NCBI GenBank assembly: GCA_016930135.1
Contig: JAFGHM010000083.1
Location: 1 to 63,907 of the forward strand
Direction: 5' to 3'
DNA: 63,907 bases
Source: Thermoplasmatota archaeon
Lineage (GTDB): Archaea; Thermoplasmatota; Thermoplasmata; UBA10834
The translations under genes were made by a program, and so were the position numbers. The notes under the pieces were generated by a model. The model worked only from the letters and a program-made list of their open reading frames with translations. It was not told where the DNA came from and did not search any database. This document shows positions 39,578 to 49,971 of the stretch, in pieces (within the stretch, counting starts at the first letter, position 1; every line of letters begins with the position of its first letter).

Positions 39578-41503
39578 ATGACATCTCCATCCATCCCGTC
39601 CGGGCCATCCGAGGGTTCTTTGGATAGGCGCACGGAGAGCCTGTCGCGGATATTCGAGCTCACCAGGGACCTCCTCAAGGTCGAGGATGTCAGCGTGTTC
39701 TTGTGCAGGACGGCCGAGACCGTCCGGGAGATATTCGGTTTCGACAGGGTCGCGATTTCGACCATGGACGAGACAAAGGGCGTGTTCACGGACCACGCAC
39801 TCGCGGGCTATCCCAAGGAGGCCGAGGCGGAGATCAGAGGCTCGCTGGACGCCTTCGAGATCGGCGTCATCCTCGAGGATTTCCGAGAGGACTGCAGAGT
39901 CTCGAAGATCGCCTACTACATCCCGGCTGAGAAGCAGGCTGGGGGTGCGGACGACTTCTTGGCTGTCAGGGACCCCGAGGCGGCCATGAAGCCCCGCGCA
40001 TCGCCGGATTCGTGGCATGAGCTGGACCTGCTCTATTTCGGCCTGTACAACAGGCACGGTTCGATGATAGGGTTCCTCCAGGTCGACTATCCTCTCGATG
40101 GGAAGATACCCACGACGGAGACCATCGAGGAGATCGAGCTCTTTGCATCGATAGCCGCCGTCGCAATCGAGAACTCCGGTGTGTATAGGCGTTCCATGTT
40201 GCTCTTGCGTGAAAACGAGGTGAAGACCGATAGGCTGGTCAAGATGCTTGACCTCATCCAGAGCGTTCTCCGCATCGACGACTTGGACCTGGTGCTCCAG
40301 AAGGTATCGGATGCGATGGCCTACACGTTCGGGTTCAGGAAAACGGGAGTCTCCCTCTTCTCAGAGGATACCGACAAGGTCACCGTGCACTCGATGACGG
40401 GATATTCCCAGGCCGAATCGGAAGTCATCCTATCCAGCACGATACTGAAGGACAAGATACTGGCCGACTTCAGGGAGGAGTTCAGGGTCACGAGGACTGG
40501 CTTCTTCATACCGGGGGAGGTACAAGGGAACGGCTCCGATTTCGTCTTCATGGAGAGCCCGGACAAGGCGGCGCGGACGAGGGATGCTCCCGACAGCTGG
40601 CACGAGCTCGACCTGCTGTACTTCGCGATGTACGATAGAGCGGGCAAGATGCTCGGCTACATACAGCTCGACTACCCATTGGACGACAGGATACCGACGA
40701 AGGAGACGATGGAGGCCATGGAGGCCTTTGCCTCCATAGCGACCATCGCCATCGAGAACTCGAAGGTGTTCGATGACCTGACCCGTGCGAGGGACCATGT
40801 GAAGATGTACCTGGACCTGCTCACACACGATGTCGGCAACCTGGTGAACCCAGTGAACGCCTATCTCGAGATCGTGCTCGGAACGACCTCTCTGACGGAC
40901 ACCCAATTCAAGTACATCACATCGGCGCAGGAGGCCGCGAAGAGCGTGCAGCACATAGTCAGGAACGTGCGCAGGTCCGCGCAGATGCTGGAGGCCTCCG
41001 ATGTCGAATTGGTGCCGACCAATCTCACCAAATCGATACAGCAGGCCTCCATGGAGGCCAGCACCGCCTTCCTCGGGAAGAAGATCAACATCAGATACTC
41101 CGTTCCACAACAAGATGTGTGGGTCGTCGCCGATACTTTGCTGACAGAGGTCTTGTACAATCTTCTCACGAACTCGATCAAGTACGACGAGCACGAGGAA
41201 GTGGTCATCGACGTAGAGGTCAAGGGTGTGGATTTCGAGGGAAAGGAGTGGACCAGTGTGAGGATAGTCGACAGAGGAGTCGGGATACCCGACGACCTCA
41301 AGGACAAGGTCTTCTCCAAGGACTACATGAGGCTCGCAAGGCTCGACAGGCCAATCCTCCAGAAGGCCAGAGGCGCTGGCATGGGCCTCTCGATAGTCAA
41401 GGCCCTCGTGGACAGATACGGTGGCAAGATATGGGCCGAGAACCGCGTGTACGATGACTACACCAGGGGGAGCGTATTCAGTGTGCTCTTTGGGAAGCCC
41501 TGA
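39578..41503 (+). CDS. Tandem-GAF sensor histidine kinase
   Basis: Two repeated GAF units (WHELDLLYF), THDVGN, NLLTNS, DRGVG, GAGMGL. Confidence 0.92.
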   Translation: MTSPSIPSGPSEGSLDRRTESLSRIFELTRDLLKVEDVSVFLCRTAETVREIFGFDRVAISTMDETKGVFTDHALAGYPKEAEAEIRGSLDAFEIGVILEDFREDCRVSKIAYYIPAEKQAGGADDFLAVRDPEAAMKPRASPDSWHELDLLYFGLYNRHGSMIGFLQVDYPLDGKIPTTETIEEIELFASIAAVAIENSGVYRRSMLLLRENEVKTDRLVKMLDLIQSVLRIDDLDLVLQKVSDAMAYTFGFRKTGVSLFSEDTDKVTVHSMTGYSQAESEVILSSTILKDKILADFREEFRVTRTGFFIPGEVQGNGSDFVFMESPDKAARTRDAPDSWHELDLLYFAMYDRAGKMLGYIQLDYPLDDRIPTKETMEAMEAFASIATIAIENSKVFDDLTRARDHVKMYLDLLTHDVGNLVNPVNAYLEIVLGTTSLTDTQFKYITSAQEAAKSVQHIVRNVRRSAQMLEASDVELVPTNLTKSIQQASMEASTAFLGKKINIRYSVPQQDVWVVADTLLTEVLYNLLTNSIKYDEHEEVVIDVEVKGVDFEGKEWTSVRIVDRGVGIPDDLKDKVFSKDYMRLARLDRPILQKARGAGMGLSIVKALVDRYGGKIWAENRVYDDYTRGSVFSVLFGKP

Positions 41504-41566
41504 GTGCAAGCGGCCGTCCTCTCAGAAATGATTATCATCTGCCTGCGTTATCTGCCGCCGACCTGG

Positions 41567-43372
41567 ATGATGACCGTGGCGGACGATGTGTCAGCGATAC
41601 AGAAGGAGAACGGAATAGTGGGACGCGCGCGCGAGCTGGAGAACGCCATCGCGGCAATCGGATCCGGCAAACATCTGATGATCGAGGGCCCGGTGGGCGT
41701 GGGAAAGACGATCTTGGCAGTCGCGGTCGCCACGCACCTGAAGCGGCCGGTGTTCAGGGTAGATGGCGATGAGCGCTATACAGAGCAGAAGCTCTCGGGA
41801 TGGTTCGATCCACCGATCGTCATGGAGAAGGGCTATGTCCCGGAGGCATTTGTCCCTGGGCCTCTGATGAGCGCCATGAAAGAGGGCGGTGTCCTGTTCA
41901 TAAACGAGATGAACCGCATGCCGGAGGGCGTGCAGAACATACTCCTCCCGGCCATGGACGAGGGATTGATAGAAGTGCCGAAGATCGGCACTGTGAGGGC
42001 GAGAAAGGGCTTCGTTGTCATTGGAACTCAGAACCCGAGGGAGTTCGTTGCCACGACTGCCATATCGGAGGCGCTTTCGGATAGGTTCGAACTGCTCCTG
42101 CTGGACTACCAGTCGGCAGAGGAGGAGACGGCGATAGTCTCCAAGAACTTCCCTCATGCCGTCCCCGAAGCCGTATCTAGATCGGTCTGGATTGCCCGAC
42201 GGACTCGGAATCATCCGAACATCCGTCGAGGAGCGAGCGTCAGGGCCGCGATGAGCATAGTGCAGATGTCCGAGAGCCTTTCGGAAGACCTATACCAGGG
42301 CATCCGGAAGGCTGCTCACATGGCACTGCCGACAAGAATAGAGATGCGTGAGGAATCCAAGAAGACGGTCGAGCAGGTTGTGGAGGAGATAGTCAGCGAG
42401 TGCTTCTCCATTCCCCTGCCAGGACCCGGACGGCCTCTGGAGGAGAGAAAGAAGGAGGAGGCCAGGAAGAGAACGGAGGAGGCGGCTGCCAAGAGAGCCG
42501 ATATCTCCGACCTCGTGAAGGCGATTGAGCTCGGCGACGATGAAGTGCTCGCCGGGTCGGAAGACCTTGGCTGGGCGATAGCTAGGAACTACTCCCAGCT
42601 GAGGATCAGACTGAAGGACCAGACTCTCATCGAAATGGCGAAGAGGATCGCCATCAAGGCGACTATCCTGAGGGTGCTGCAGCTGCTCGGCCCCGTCAAC
42701 CTCCCGACCAGGATCACCCGCTCGGAGTACGCCATAGGTGACGATGCGGACATAGACGTGGAGGCGACCCTCGAAGCCGTCCTCGAGAGAGGCTATCCGA
42801 CGCCTTACGATCTCGTGGTCGAGAAGCGCGAACCCAGAGAACTGTCAGTGGTCATGATGCTTGATGCTAGCCTGTCGATGACAGGCGACAAGCTGGCCAT
42901 CGCCACTGCGGCAATCGCGGTCTTGGCATATCGTCTCAAAACCGTGGACTATGCTCTCATCACGTTCAGCGACAGGCCCGCAGTCATGAAGAGGGCCAAC
43001 CAGGCGAAGCGCACGGACGACCTCATCGCGGATCTGCTTGAGGCCAGGGCAGGAGGATACACCAACATAGACGGCGCGCTCCGCAAGGGCCGGGAAGAGA
43101 TAGGAGTGACCAAGACGCGCAACAAGGTCGGGATACTGATCACCGATGGCAACTACACGGTTGGGCCTGACCCCGCTGATGCGGCCTCCACCTATCGGAA
43201 GCTCTTCGTCCTGATGACCGAGAGCCATGACTGCCAACCTGGAGTGTGCGCGTCCGTCGCCAAGGCGGGCGGAGGGCACATGTACGCGGTCTCAGGCTTT
43301 GACGAGATACCGAGAGTGCTGTACAAGGTGCTGCGGGTCGTCTCCCAGGGGTCGTCGGGCCGGCATTCCTGA
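41567..43372 (+). CDS. MoxR-type AAA+ ATPase fused to vWA domain
   Basis: GPVGVGKT, INEMNR, TQN; MIDAS DASLSM, GYT, TDG. Confidence 0.9.
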   Translation: MMTVADDVSAIQKENGIVGRARELENAIAAIGSGKHLMIEGPVGVGKTILAVAVATHLKRPVFRVDGDERYTEQKLSGWFDPPIVMEKGYVPEAFVPGPLMSAMKEGGVLFINEMNRMPEGVQNILLPAMDEGLIEVPKIGTVRARKGFVVIGTQNPREFVATTAISEALSDRFELLLLDYQSAEEETAIVSKNFPHAVPEAVSRSVWIARRTRNHPNIRRGASVRAAMSIVQMSESLSEDLYQGIRKAAHMALPTRIEMREESKKTVEQVVEEIVSECFSIPLPGPGRPLEERKKEEARKRTEEAAAKRADISDLVKAIELGDDEVLAGSEDLGWAIARNYSQLRIRLKDQTLIEMAKRIAIKATILRVLQLLGPVNLPTRITRSEYAIGDDADIDVEATLEAVLERGYPTPYDLVVEKREPRELSVVMMLDASLSMTGDKLAIATAAIAVLAYRLKTVDYALITFSDRPAVMKRANQAKRTDDLIADLLEARAGGYTNIDGALRKGREEIGVTKTRNKVGILITDGNYTVGPDPADAASTYRKLFVLMTESHDCQPGVCASVAKAGGGHMYAVSGFDEIPRVLYKVLRVVSQGSSGRHS

Positions 43373-43645
43373 CGACGTGAGCGCCCAGCGACTCGCTTGG
43401 CATAGTCACCAAACCCCCCGCGCGCACGCATTTCTTATAAATACTTTGTGTACGGTCGGCGGGTGCTCCAGGGTGGGTCTAGCATACGGTTATATATGGC
43501 GACCAGGACCAATAGTCACCCAACAACTCCCCCCTCCTTTCTTTTTCTTTACACTCTTGTTGCGTGAGCTATCGATTCTGAGGGATTCCCTCAATCAATG
43601 CTTCTTGCCGCGGCCCGACACACCTGCCCATGCTGGACCGGGGTG

Positions 43646-44449
43646 TCACCAGTCCTCCACAGGGTTGTACCACATCGTCTTCGTGCCGATCCTAGCTCTC
43701 ATCTTCCACTTGAAAGTCTTGGGCTTGCTCTCGATGTGTGCAAGCATCTTGTCGACGCGCTGCGTCACAACGGACCTGTCTTCGGCGGAAAGCTGCGGGT
43801 ATTCTGCGGCATACTTCTTCACCTTCCCAAGGTTCGTCGTGGCAGTGTAGCACCAGCCCCAGTCGTTCCACATGTCCACGAAATCGAATACCTGAAGGTT
43901 TATCTTCTCCTTGTCGTCCATCCCGATGTCATGCGCTCTTATCAGGACTATGAGGTCCTTTATGTCCTTCTCATTGATCTTGACGACCTGCAGCTTCTGA
44001 AGCATCAGCTCGCCCACAGGCGTCGTGGGTGAGTCCATCTCCAGGCGACCCGCATACGGGACCGTGTGGTTCATCGCGAGCTGATCGTAGAATATCTCGA
44101 CCATGGGCACTTTCCCGCCGAAGAAGATGTGCCTGGTCTTTCCGAACTGGTAAAGGAACCTCGGGTCCGTCTTGTAGCCCCTCTTCTGCACGAACTCGTA
44201 GAGATCGTTCCTCTGCTTCCCGTACGCCACCAAATCGATGTCGGTGAAGACCTTCGAGCCGAGCCTCGCGAGGTTCCTCCAGAGAGTCTCGTACTCGATG
44301 CTGTGCATGTAGACGGCCATGCCACCCATCACTCGGAGGATGAGGCCCTGCTTGGCCGCGTCCGCGACCAGTGCCTTCGCCTCCTCGATGAACACCTCCG
44401 GCTTTGGATACTCCTCAATCGGGATGTCTGCGGGCAATCTCACCGTCAT
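43646..44449 (-). CDS. Uncharacterised nucleotidyltransferase-fold protein
   Basis: GGMAV...TDIDL, further acidic residue in VEIFYD, KLQ...KDIKD; Pol-beta-superfamily signature. Confidence 0.7.
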   Translation of the reverse strand: MTVRLPADIPIEEYPKPEVFIEEAKALVADAAKQGLILRVMGGMAVYMHSIEYETLWRNLARLGSKVFTDIDLVAYGKQRNDLYEFVQKRGYKTDPRFLYQFGKTRHIFFGGKVPMVEIFYDQLAMNHTVPYAGRLEMDSPTTPVGELMLQKLQVVKINEKDIKDLIVLIRAHDIGMDDKEKINLQVFDFVDMWNDWGWCYTATTNLGKVKKYAAEYPQLSAEDRSVVTQRVDKMLAHIESKPKTFKWKMRARIGTKTMWYNPVEDW

Positions 44450-44492
44450 AGCGCACCCTCCAAGTCATGTTCGTTATATTCCTCCTGGGAAA

Positions 44493-45428
44493 TCAACCTG
44501 ACGTGAAGACGTAGCTCTTCATCTTCGTGTCCGACAGCGTCAGCAGCACTCCCCTCAGGACTCCCTCGCCGTACTCGCTCCCCGGGTTCACACAGAAGGT
44601 CTTGCCAATCCACTGAGCGGCGCGCGACTCGTGTATGTGGCCGTGCAGACCGAGGAAGGGTTGGTATTTCTTGATCGCGTCCATGACCGCTTTGCTGCCG
44701 ACATGCTCGGTCTCGCCCGCAGACTGCCTCATGTCCCTGAGCTTGGGTGCATAGTCGAGCATCGACCCGTACGGCGGGTCGTGGAAGTTGAATATGGCCT
44801 TGGGCATGTTCTTGATCGTTGCAGCTAGTTTGTCTATGTTCGCCGCCAACTCGGGCTCTGGCCATTCCCTGGGCGTATCCCACGGTGTCGGCGATGAGTG
44901 GGCGACCGTGATCATCTCGTATCCTAGCACGTCGACATTCCTCATCACACAGGGCTTCATGACCTTGGATTCCTCGAGTATGTCGTCCATCTCGAGGGGG
45001 TCGTCGTTTCCGGGCGCCATGAAGATCGGCGCCTTGCAGTCCTTGAGCTTCTCATTTGCCAGGTCGACCCAGTGCTGAAGCCTCTCGTTGATGAGGCGGT
45101 GGAATATCTTCATGACCTCGTCCTGATCGGATCTCAGCCGATCGGCCTCTGCCCTGTCAGTCATGTAGGGGTAGAATCCTATGGCGTTTATCTTCTTCAG
45201 TTGCTCTTCGAGTTCGGTCTTGTTGTTCAGGTGTATGTCCTGCGCGAGGAAGTTGCAGTCGTAGCTCCCGTTGCCATTGTCGAACACCGGGACCACCATC
45301 TTGCCAGCAAGGTCTCCGAGCGCGATTGCGACATCTGCGTTGTATATCGAAACCGCGCTTATGAATTTCCTGAAACACAGCTCCGACCCGTGCAAATCAG
45401 TCACGAAAAACAGCCGTATCGGCCTCAA
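44493..45428 (-). CDS. Calcineurin-like metallophosphoesterase
   Basis: DLHG, GDLAG, GNDD, HDPP, HGHIHE, NPGS. Confidence 0.9.
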   Translation of the reverse strand: MRPIRLFFVTDLHGSELCFRKFISAVSIYNADVAIALGDLAGKMVVPVFDNGNGSYDCNFLAQDIHLNNKTELEEQLKKINAIGFYPYMTDRAEADRLRSDQDEVMKIFHRLINERLQHWVDLANEKLKDCKAPIFMAPGNDDPLEMDDILEESKVMKPCVMRNVDVLGYEMITVAHSSPTPWDTPREWPEPELAANIDKLAATIKNMPKAIFNFHDPPYGSMLDYAPKLRDMRQSAGETEHVGSKAVMDAIKKYQPFLGLHGHIHESRAAQWIGKTFCVNPGSEYGEGVLRGVLLTLSDTKMKSYVFTSG

Positions 45429-45798
45429 GACCTGCCCCCTGAGCTTCTCCGCATTCTGAGCAGACGAGTATACAGAAGAACGCTATTTAACCATATTGTC
45501 CAGCGTCTGTGAGACAGCGGTTCCGCGGGTCTCTCGGGCAGACTCGTCGCCGCGCCTGCGAGCGCATTCGCGAAGGGCGAATTCACATCGTGATTTCGGT
45601 CGGCACGTGGAATTGCCACCAATTCTCCTCGGGCGGATGCATAACAGCATAAGGCTGTGCGTGCAACTGGAGAATGCAGGCAACCCAGCTTCCTCGTCGA
45701 TGCTGCCGCGCTTCCAGCAATCTTAATATCTCAAAGCGGCGGTAATGGAAGCGGGGAACTGTACAGGATTTCAGGTTTCTCGAAGGCGGAGGACTAGA

Positions 45799-47172
45799 AT
45801 GAATCTAGATCTACCAGAGTGGGTCGCCGACTGGGCGCGGGATGTTCCGAATATGAAGGTGCCGCCTCCTGGTCCGAAGAGCAAGGCAATAATCGACAAG
45901 GACCGTCAGTACGTATCGCATGCGTACGACAGGCTGTTCCAGTTCACTATGACCAGAGGCTCAGGGGCAGCGATAATGGATGCCGACGGCAATGTGTTTC
46001 TGGACTTCTCCGCTGGGATCTCGGTCGTGAACGCTGGCTGGGGGAATCCCGCAGTGGTCAAGGCAATCAAGGACCAAGCCGACCGTCTGGTCCATTCTCT
46101 TGCGAATGACGCGTACTATGATCTGGAGGCGGACTACGCCGAGTTGCTCGCGAAGATATCGCCGGGCGGCCAACTGGGATCCACGTTCTTCGGGAACAGC
46201 GGCGCGGAGGCCGTGGAGGCCGCATTCAAGCTCTCGAGATACTACACCAAAGGCTCGGAGCACATCGCATTCATGGGCGCGTACCACGGGCGGGTCGGAA
46301 ATGCCCTTGCAATGGCCAGCCGCATCAAGTACAAGTACGGCCACGGACCGTTCTCACCTGGTATCTACTTCGCTCCGTATCCCTACTGCTACAGATGCTG
46401 GTTCAACCAGGAGTATCCTTCCTGTAACATGCTCTGCATGGACTACCTCGAGAAGGGCATCTTGGAGTTCGGTGGTCCCAGCAACGATCTGGCATCGGTA
46501 TTCGTCGAGCCAATTCAAGGGGAAGGAGGTTACATCGTGCCACCGAAGGAGTTCCTCCCGCGCATGAGGAAGCTCTGCGACGACAGGAAGTGCCTGTTGG
46601 TGATGGATGAGATACAGTCGGGGCTCGCCAGGACTGGAGAGGTCTGGGAGTGCAATTCGGCCGGAGTCATACCTGACATACTCTTGACGGGGAAAGCCTC
46701 TGGTGGAGGCATCCCAATCGGCATGTGTATCGCTAAGCACAGCATCATGGACGTCTGGCGCCCAGGCTCGCACTCGTCAACGTTCGGAGGGAACGGCATG
46801 AGCGTCGCGGCTGGCTACGCACAAGTCAAGTACATTCTGGAGCACGACCTGATGTCCCGGTCGAGAGTTCTCGGAGAGCATGCTCTCAAGCGGCTGAACG
46901 AACTCAAGGACAGGTACGAGATCATAGGCGACGTGAGGGGCAAGGGACTGATGATCGGCGTAGAGATCGTGAAGAGCAAGAAGACGAAAGAGCCTCTCTA
47001 TGTCCCCCAGATCCAAGGACTTGCGTGGAGAAAGGGGCTCATGATGATCACCGCTGGCATGTTCGGGAATGTGTTCAGGATTGCGCCTCCGATAGTCATA
47101 TCGAAGGAACAGCTGGATCTTGGCATAGACATATTCGAGGAAGCGATCAAGGAAACGCAGGCCAAGATGTAG
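45799..47172 (+). CDS. Class III PLP aminotransferase (GABA/ornithine type)
   Basis: SGAEA, YHGR, EPIQGEGG, DEIQSG, TGKA, STFGGN. Confidence 0.93.
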   Translation: MNLDLPEWVADWARDVPNMKVPPPGPKSKAIIDKDRQYVSHAYDRLFQFTMTRGSGAAIMDADGNVFLDFSAGISVVNAGWGNPAVVKAIKDQADRLVHSLANDAYYDLEADYAELLAKISPGGQLGSTFFGNSGAEAVEAAFKLSRYYTKGSEHIAFMGAYHGRVGNALAMASRIKYKYGHGPFSPGIYFAPYPYCYRCWFNQEYPSCNMLCMDYLEKGILEFGGPSNDLASVFVEPIQGEGGYIVPPKEFLPRMRKLCDDRKCLLVMDEIQSGLARTGEVWECNSAGVIPDILLTGKASGGGIPIGMCIAKHSIMDVWRPGSHSSTFGGNGMSVAAGYAQVKYILEHDLMSRSRVLGEHALKRLNELKDRYEIIGDVRGKGLMIGVEIVKSKKTKEPLYVPQIQGLAWRKGLMMITAGMFGNVFRIAPPIVISKEQLDLGIDIFEEAIKETQAKM

Positions 47173-47254
47173 GCGCGCGATTCCTCCCGCGCATAATCTA
47201 TTAAACGGGGGATGCGATAGCGGATTTCCGTCCGACACATCAGGTGCGTGTTGA

Positions 47255-47953
47255 ATGGCCCTGCGCAAGAAGGTTGAAGAGGATCCTGAGACCACTCTCG
47301 CCAGATGCATCGTGCTACTGGACGATATCAGAGCATACCGCAGGAAGGATCCGGAGCAGATCGAAGCGCAGTTCGAGCCTTTGAAGAAGAGCCGTTTCAA
47401 GGACACCTACGACATGTGGGTCAAGGCACGGCCTGCAGCTGAGAAGATCGTCGACATGCCGATGAAGATCCCGGGAGCCAGGGAGACGATCAGACGGCTG
47501 GCTTGGCTGAAGGTGGCAAACAGGTTGTTCTTGATAGTCCTGATATTCTTCTTGGCGATACAGATCGTGCCCGTCTGGAGAAGGACCTTCGGAAGCGAGT
47601 TCCTGAGTGGCACCGGCCTGATTCTCGCGGGTGTCTTCGTGGCCCTGGTCGTCATCTCGATGAACATAGCGACGATCTGGGATTACAGGCTCCGCAAGAA
47701 GATCGTCGCATACGAGGCGGCCACGGCGGACGAGTACGCCTCTGCAAGAGACAAGATGAAGGAGTGCGTGAACAAGATGATGAAGAGCCTCGCACGCGAA
47801 ATGATCAGGACCAAGAAGGACCCGAACCACTATGGCCTGATTCTGTACTTCGATGACTACGACAACATAGAGGTGAAGGACAAGTGGAAGCCCAAGACCA
47901 TGTTCTTCTTCAAGAAGTCATACAACCACTACCAGGTCGTCCCCAAGCCCTAG
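47255..47953 (+). CDS. Hypothetical 2-TM membrane protein
   Basis: Two hydrophobic helices between charged soluble domains; genome-typical codon usage. Confidence 0.75.
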   Translation: MALRKKVEEDPETTLARCIVLLDDIRAYRRKDPEQIEAQFEPLKKSRFKDTYDMWVKARPAAEKIVDMPMKIPGARETIRRLAWLKVANRLFLIVLIFFLAIQIVPVWRRTFGSEFLSGTGLILAGVFVALVVISMNIATIWDYRLRKKIVAYEAATADEYASARDKMKECVNKMMKSLAREMIRTKKDPNHYGLILYFDDYDNIEVKDKWKPKTMFFFKKSYNHYQVVPKP

Positions 47954-48024
47954 CGAGGCCGCTGAGTCCGTAAGATTGAAAACAAGAAAGGTTTGCGGAA
48001 AGGGTTTGCTGCATCCCTGCCCCC

Positions 48025-49644
48025 TCACGCCGGAGGCAGTTCCTTCCAGGCCAGCTTGAGGTCGATGCCCTGCTTCTTCCAGTGGCGGATCCACAGGAAG
48101 TACCACAGGAGGCCGAATATCCATATCGAGATGTAGACGGCCGCGCCCCAGGTGGATATTGCCTCAAGCTCAGGTACCGTGAAGAAGTACCAGATCAAGA
48201 TGCCCACGAAGAGCAGATTGATCACGGAAGCTACGGTCAGTACGTAGATCGGACCTAACCTGAACTTGTATGGAGACGCCTCCCAGATAGTCCTGGCCCT
48301 CTTCACATAGGGGAACAGCAGCCCGGATATGGCCATCACACCCCAGGCAGACATCGCTTCGAGCGCCACTATGGCGACAGCGTCGATGGCCTCGGCCCAG
48401 TAGGCATAGATGAATATGCCTATCTCGCTCATGACGAGCATCACGAGGATGTTCTTCACAGGCGAGTGCCATCTCGGGCTGACATCCGTGAACCACATCG
48501 GCCCCAACCTGTCCATGCCCCACGCGAAAGCGGCACGGCTGAATGCGATGTATGATATGGGCATACACAGCACATTGAAGAATATGAACACCGAGCCTAT
48601 GCAGAACTGGGCGAACTTGCTTTCGGTCAGGAGCGATATCATGCTGTACGTGTTACTGCCGGTAGCCAGACCGAAGTTCGCTACCGCCTCGGAGGTCTCG
48701 GCATCGCCGTTGTCAATGTAGGCGATCGCTCCCAGGAAGTCCTGGTGCATGACATTCACGAGGCCCCACGAGAACCAGACAAGGAACACCATCGGTATGA
48801 TCGCCGCGAGCACCTGACCCAGGACGATGTTCCTCTGAGGACGCTTGACCTCACCGCATATGAATGTGATCTGGTAGCCGTACGCGGTAGCCCAGGCTAT
48901 CGCGGGGAACAACGCCAGTGTCGCTCCGAGATCCATTCCAGGCTTGGCCCCATCTGCTATGCCTACTCCCTCGTCTCTCACGGCCTCAATGGTCTCTGCG
49001 TACGTGAACGAGCCGTCGGCGTCAGCCTGTGCATCGTAGGCCGCCACGAAGTCCGCGTGGCTGCTGGCGGTGAGGATTATTCCCGTCACGATCAGCGTGA
49101 AGAACGCCAGTATCATGACGACTCTCTGGTTCCAGTTGTAGACCTTCAGCCCCATTATGACGATGAAGAACCCCCAGATGTTCACCAGGGAGCCGATCAC
49201 GACGATTCCCGTTGTCGACGCGCACCAGTCTATCGCCTCCTGGCTGGCCCCAATTGACCCGAGCAGCGAGGTCATTCCTGGATCGGCGCAGAACGGAGCC
49301 AGTGTCGCGATCCAGAAAGTCATCACAAAACCAGCATTCGTCATGGACATTGCGATTCCGACTGCAGGATGTATGATCCTCGAGTTGGCTATGTAGTCCC
49401 CGCCGCTCCTGGGCATGGAACCGCCCAGGAAGCCCCAGACGATAGCGATTCCGAATATGCACATCAGGGATGCCAGTATGGATCCCAGCATCATGTTCCC
49501 CTGCGGCGATATGAACAACCCCCAGCTGGCCATTGTCCATATGCCCACACCCAGCGTGTTGTTCATGAAGCCTATGCCAAATGTGTCGATGAGCGAGGCC
49601 TCGCGAACAAGTCCGCTGGCTTTCCTTGCGAAAACTTCTCCCAC
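48025..49644 (-). CDS. APC family amino acid/amine permease
   Basis: FARKASGLVR, MPRSGGDY, GEVK, RAAFAWGMDR; 12+ TM. Confidence 0.93.
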   Translation of the reverse strand: MGEVFARKASGLVREASLIDTFGIGFMNNTLGVGIWTMASWGLFISPQGNMMLGSILASLMCIFGIAIVWGFLGGSMPRSGGDYIANSRIIHPAVGIAMSMTNAGFVMTFWIATLAPFCADPGMTSLLGSIGASQEAIDWCASTTGIVVIGSLVNIWGFFIVIMGLKVYNWNQRVVMILAFFTLIVTGIILTASSHADFVAAYDAQADADGSFTYAETIEAVRDEGVGIADGAKPGMDLGATLALFPAIAWATAYGYQITFICGEVKRPQRNIVLGQVLAAIIPMVFLVWFSWGLVNVMHQDFLGAIAYIDNGDAETSEAVANFGLATGSNTYSMISLLTESKFAQFCIGSVFIFFNVLCMPISYIAFSRAAFAWGMDRLGPMWFTDVSPRWHSPVKNILVMLVMSEIGIFIYAYWAEAIDAVAIVALEAMSAWGVMAISGLLFPYVKRARTIWEASPYKFRLGPIYVLTVASVINLLFVGILIWYFFTVPELEAISTWGAAVYISIWIFGLLWYFLWIRHWKKQGIDLKLAWKELPPA

Positions 49645-49666
49645 TGAGTTTCACCCCCACCTGTTC

Positions 49667-49721
49667 CCAAGAGGCGCCCTCTTGGAAAGACCTTGGTGTA
49701 TCGCATTTGATGATATATTAA
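49667..49721 (-). promoter_or_regulatory. TATA box and 5' leader hairpin of the APC permease gene
   Basis: TTAATATAT at about 49713-49721; CCAAGAGG-3nt-CCTCTTGG stem at 49667-49685 just upstream of the SD. Confidence 0.5.
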
Positions 49722-49971
49722 GCTCATCTGCCGTTGCTGGCCGTTCGCATTCCATCTGAAACGAAGGCCATGCTCGGAGCACATCCTCAGTGTACGTTCG
49801 AACGATTTGCGAATAGGCTACTCAGACGGGGCTTTTTGTTGCCCCGACGGATGCGTGGGAAACACAAAGGTTGTGTTCTGCCATAGCTGTCCTAGCCCTG
49901 TCCTGACAAGGTTTCTCCCAGCTGCCATCGATGGCAGCCTTATCTATCAAGTAGGCGATTTGGTCAGCGCC

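Noticed and set aside
45799..47172. Class III enzyme as an amino acid racemase of the Pyrococcus BAR / Ile 2-epimerase type
   Set aside because: It has EPIQGEGG; as I recall, the racemases carry Asp at that position, so transaminase is more likely
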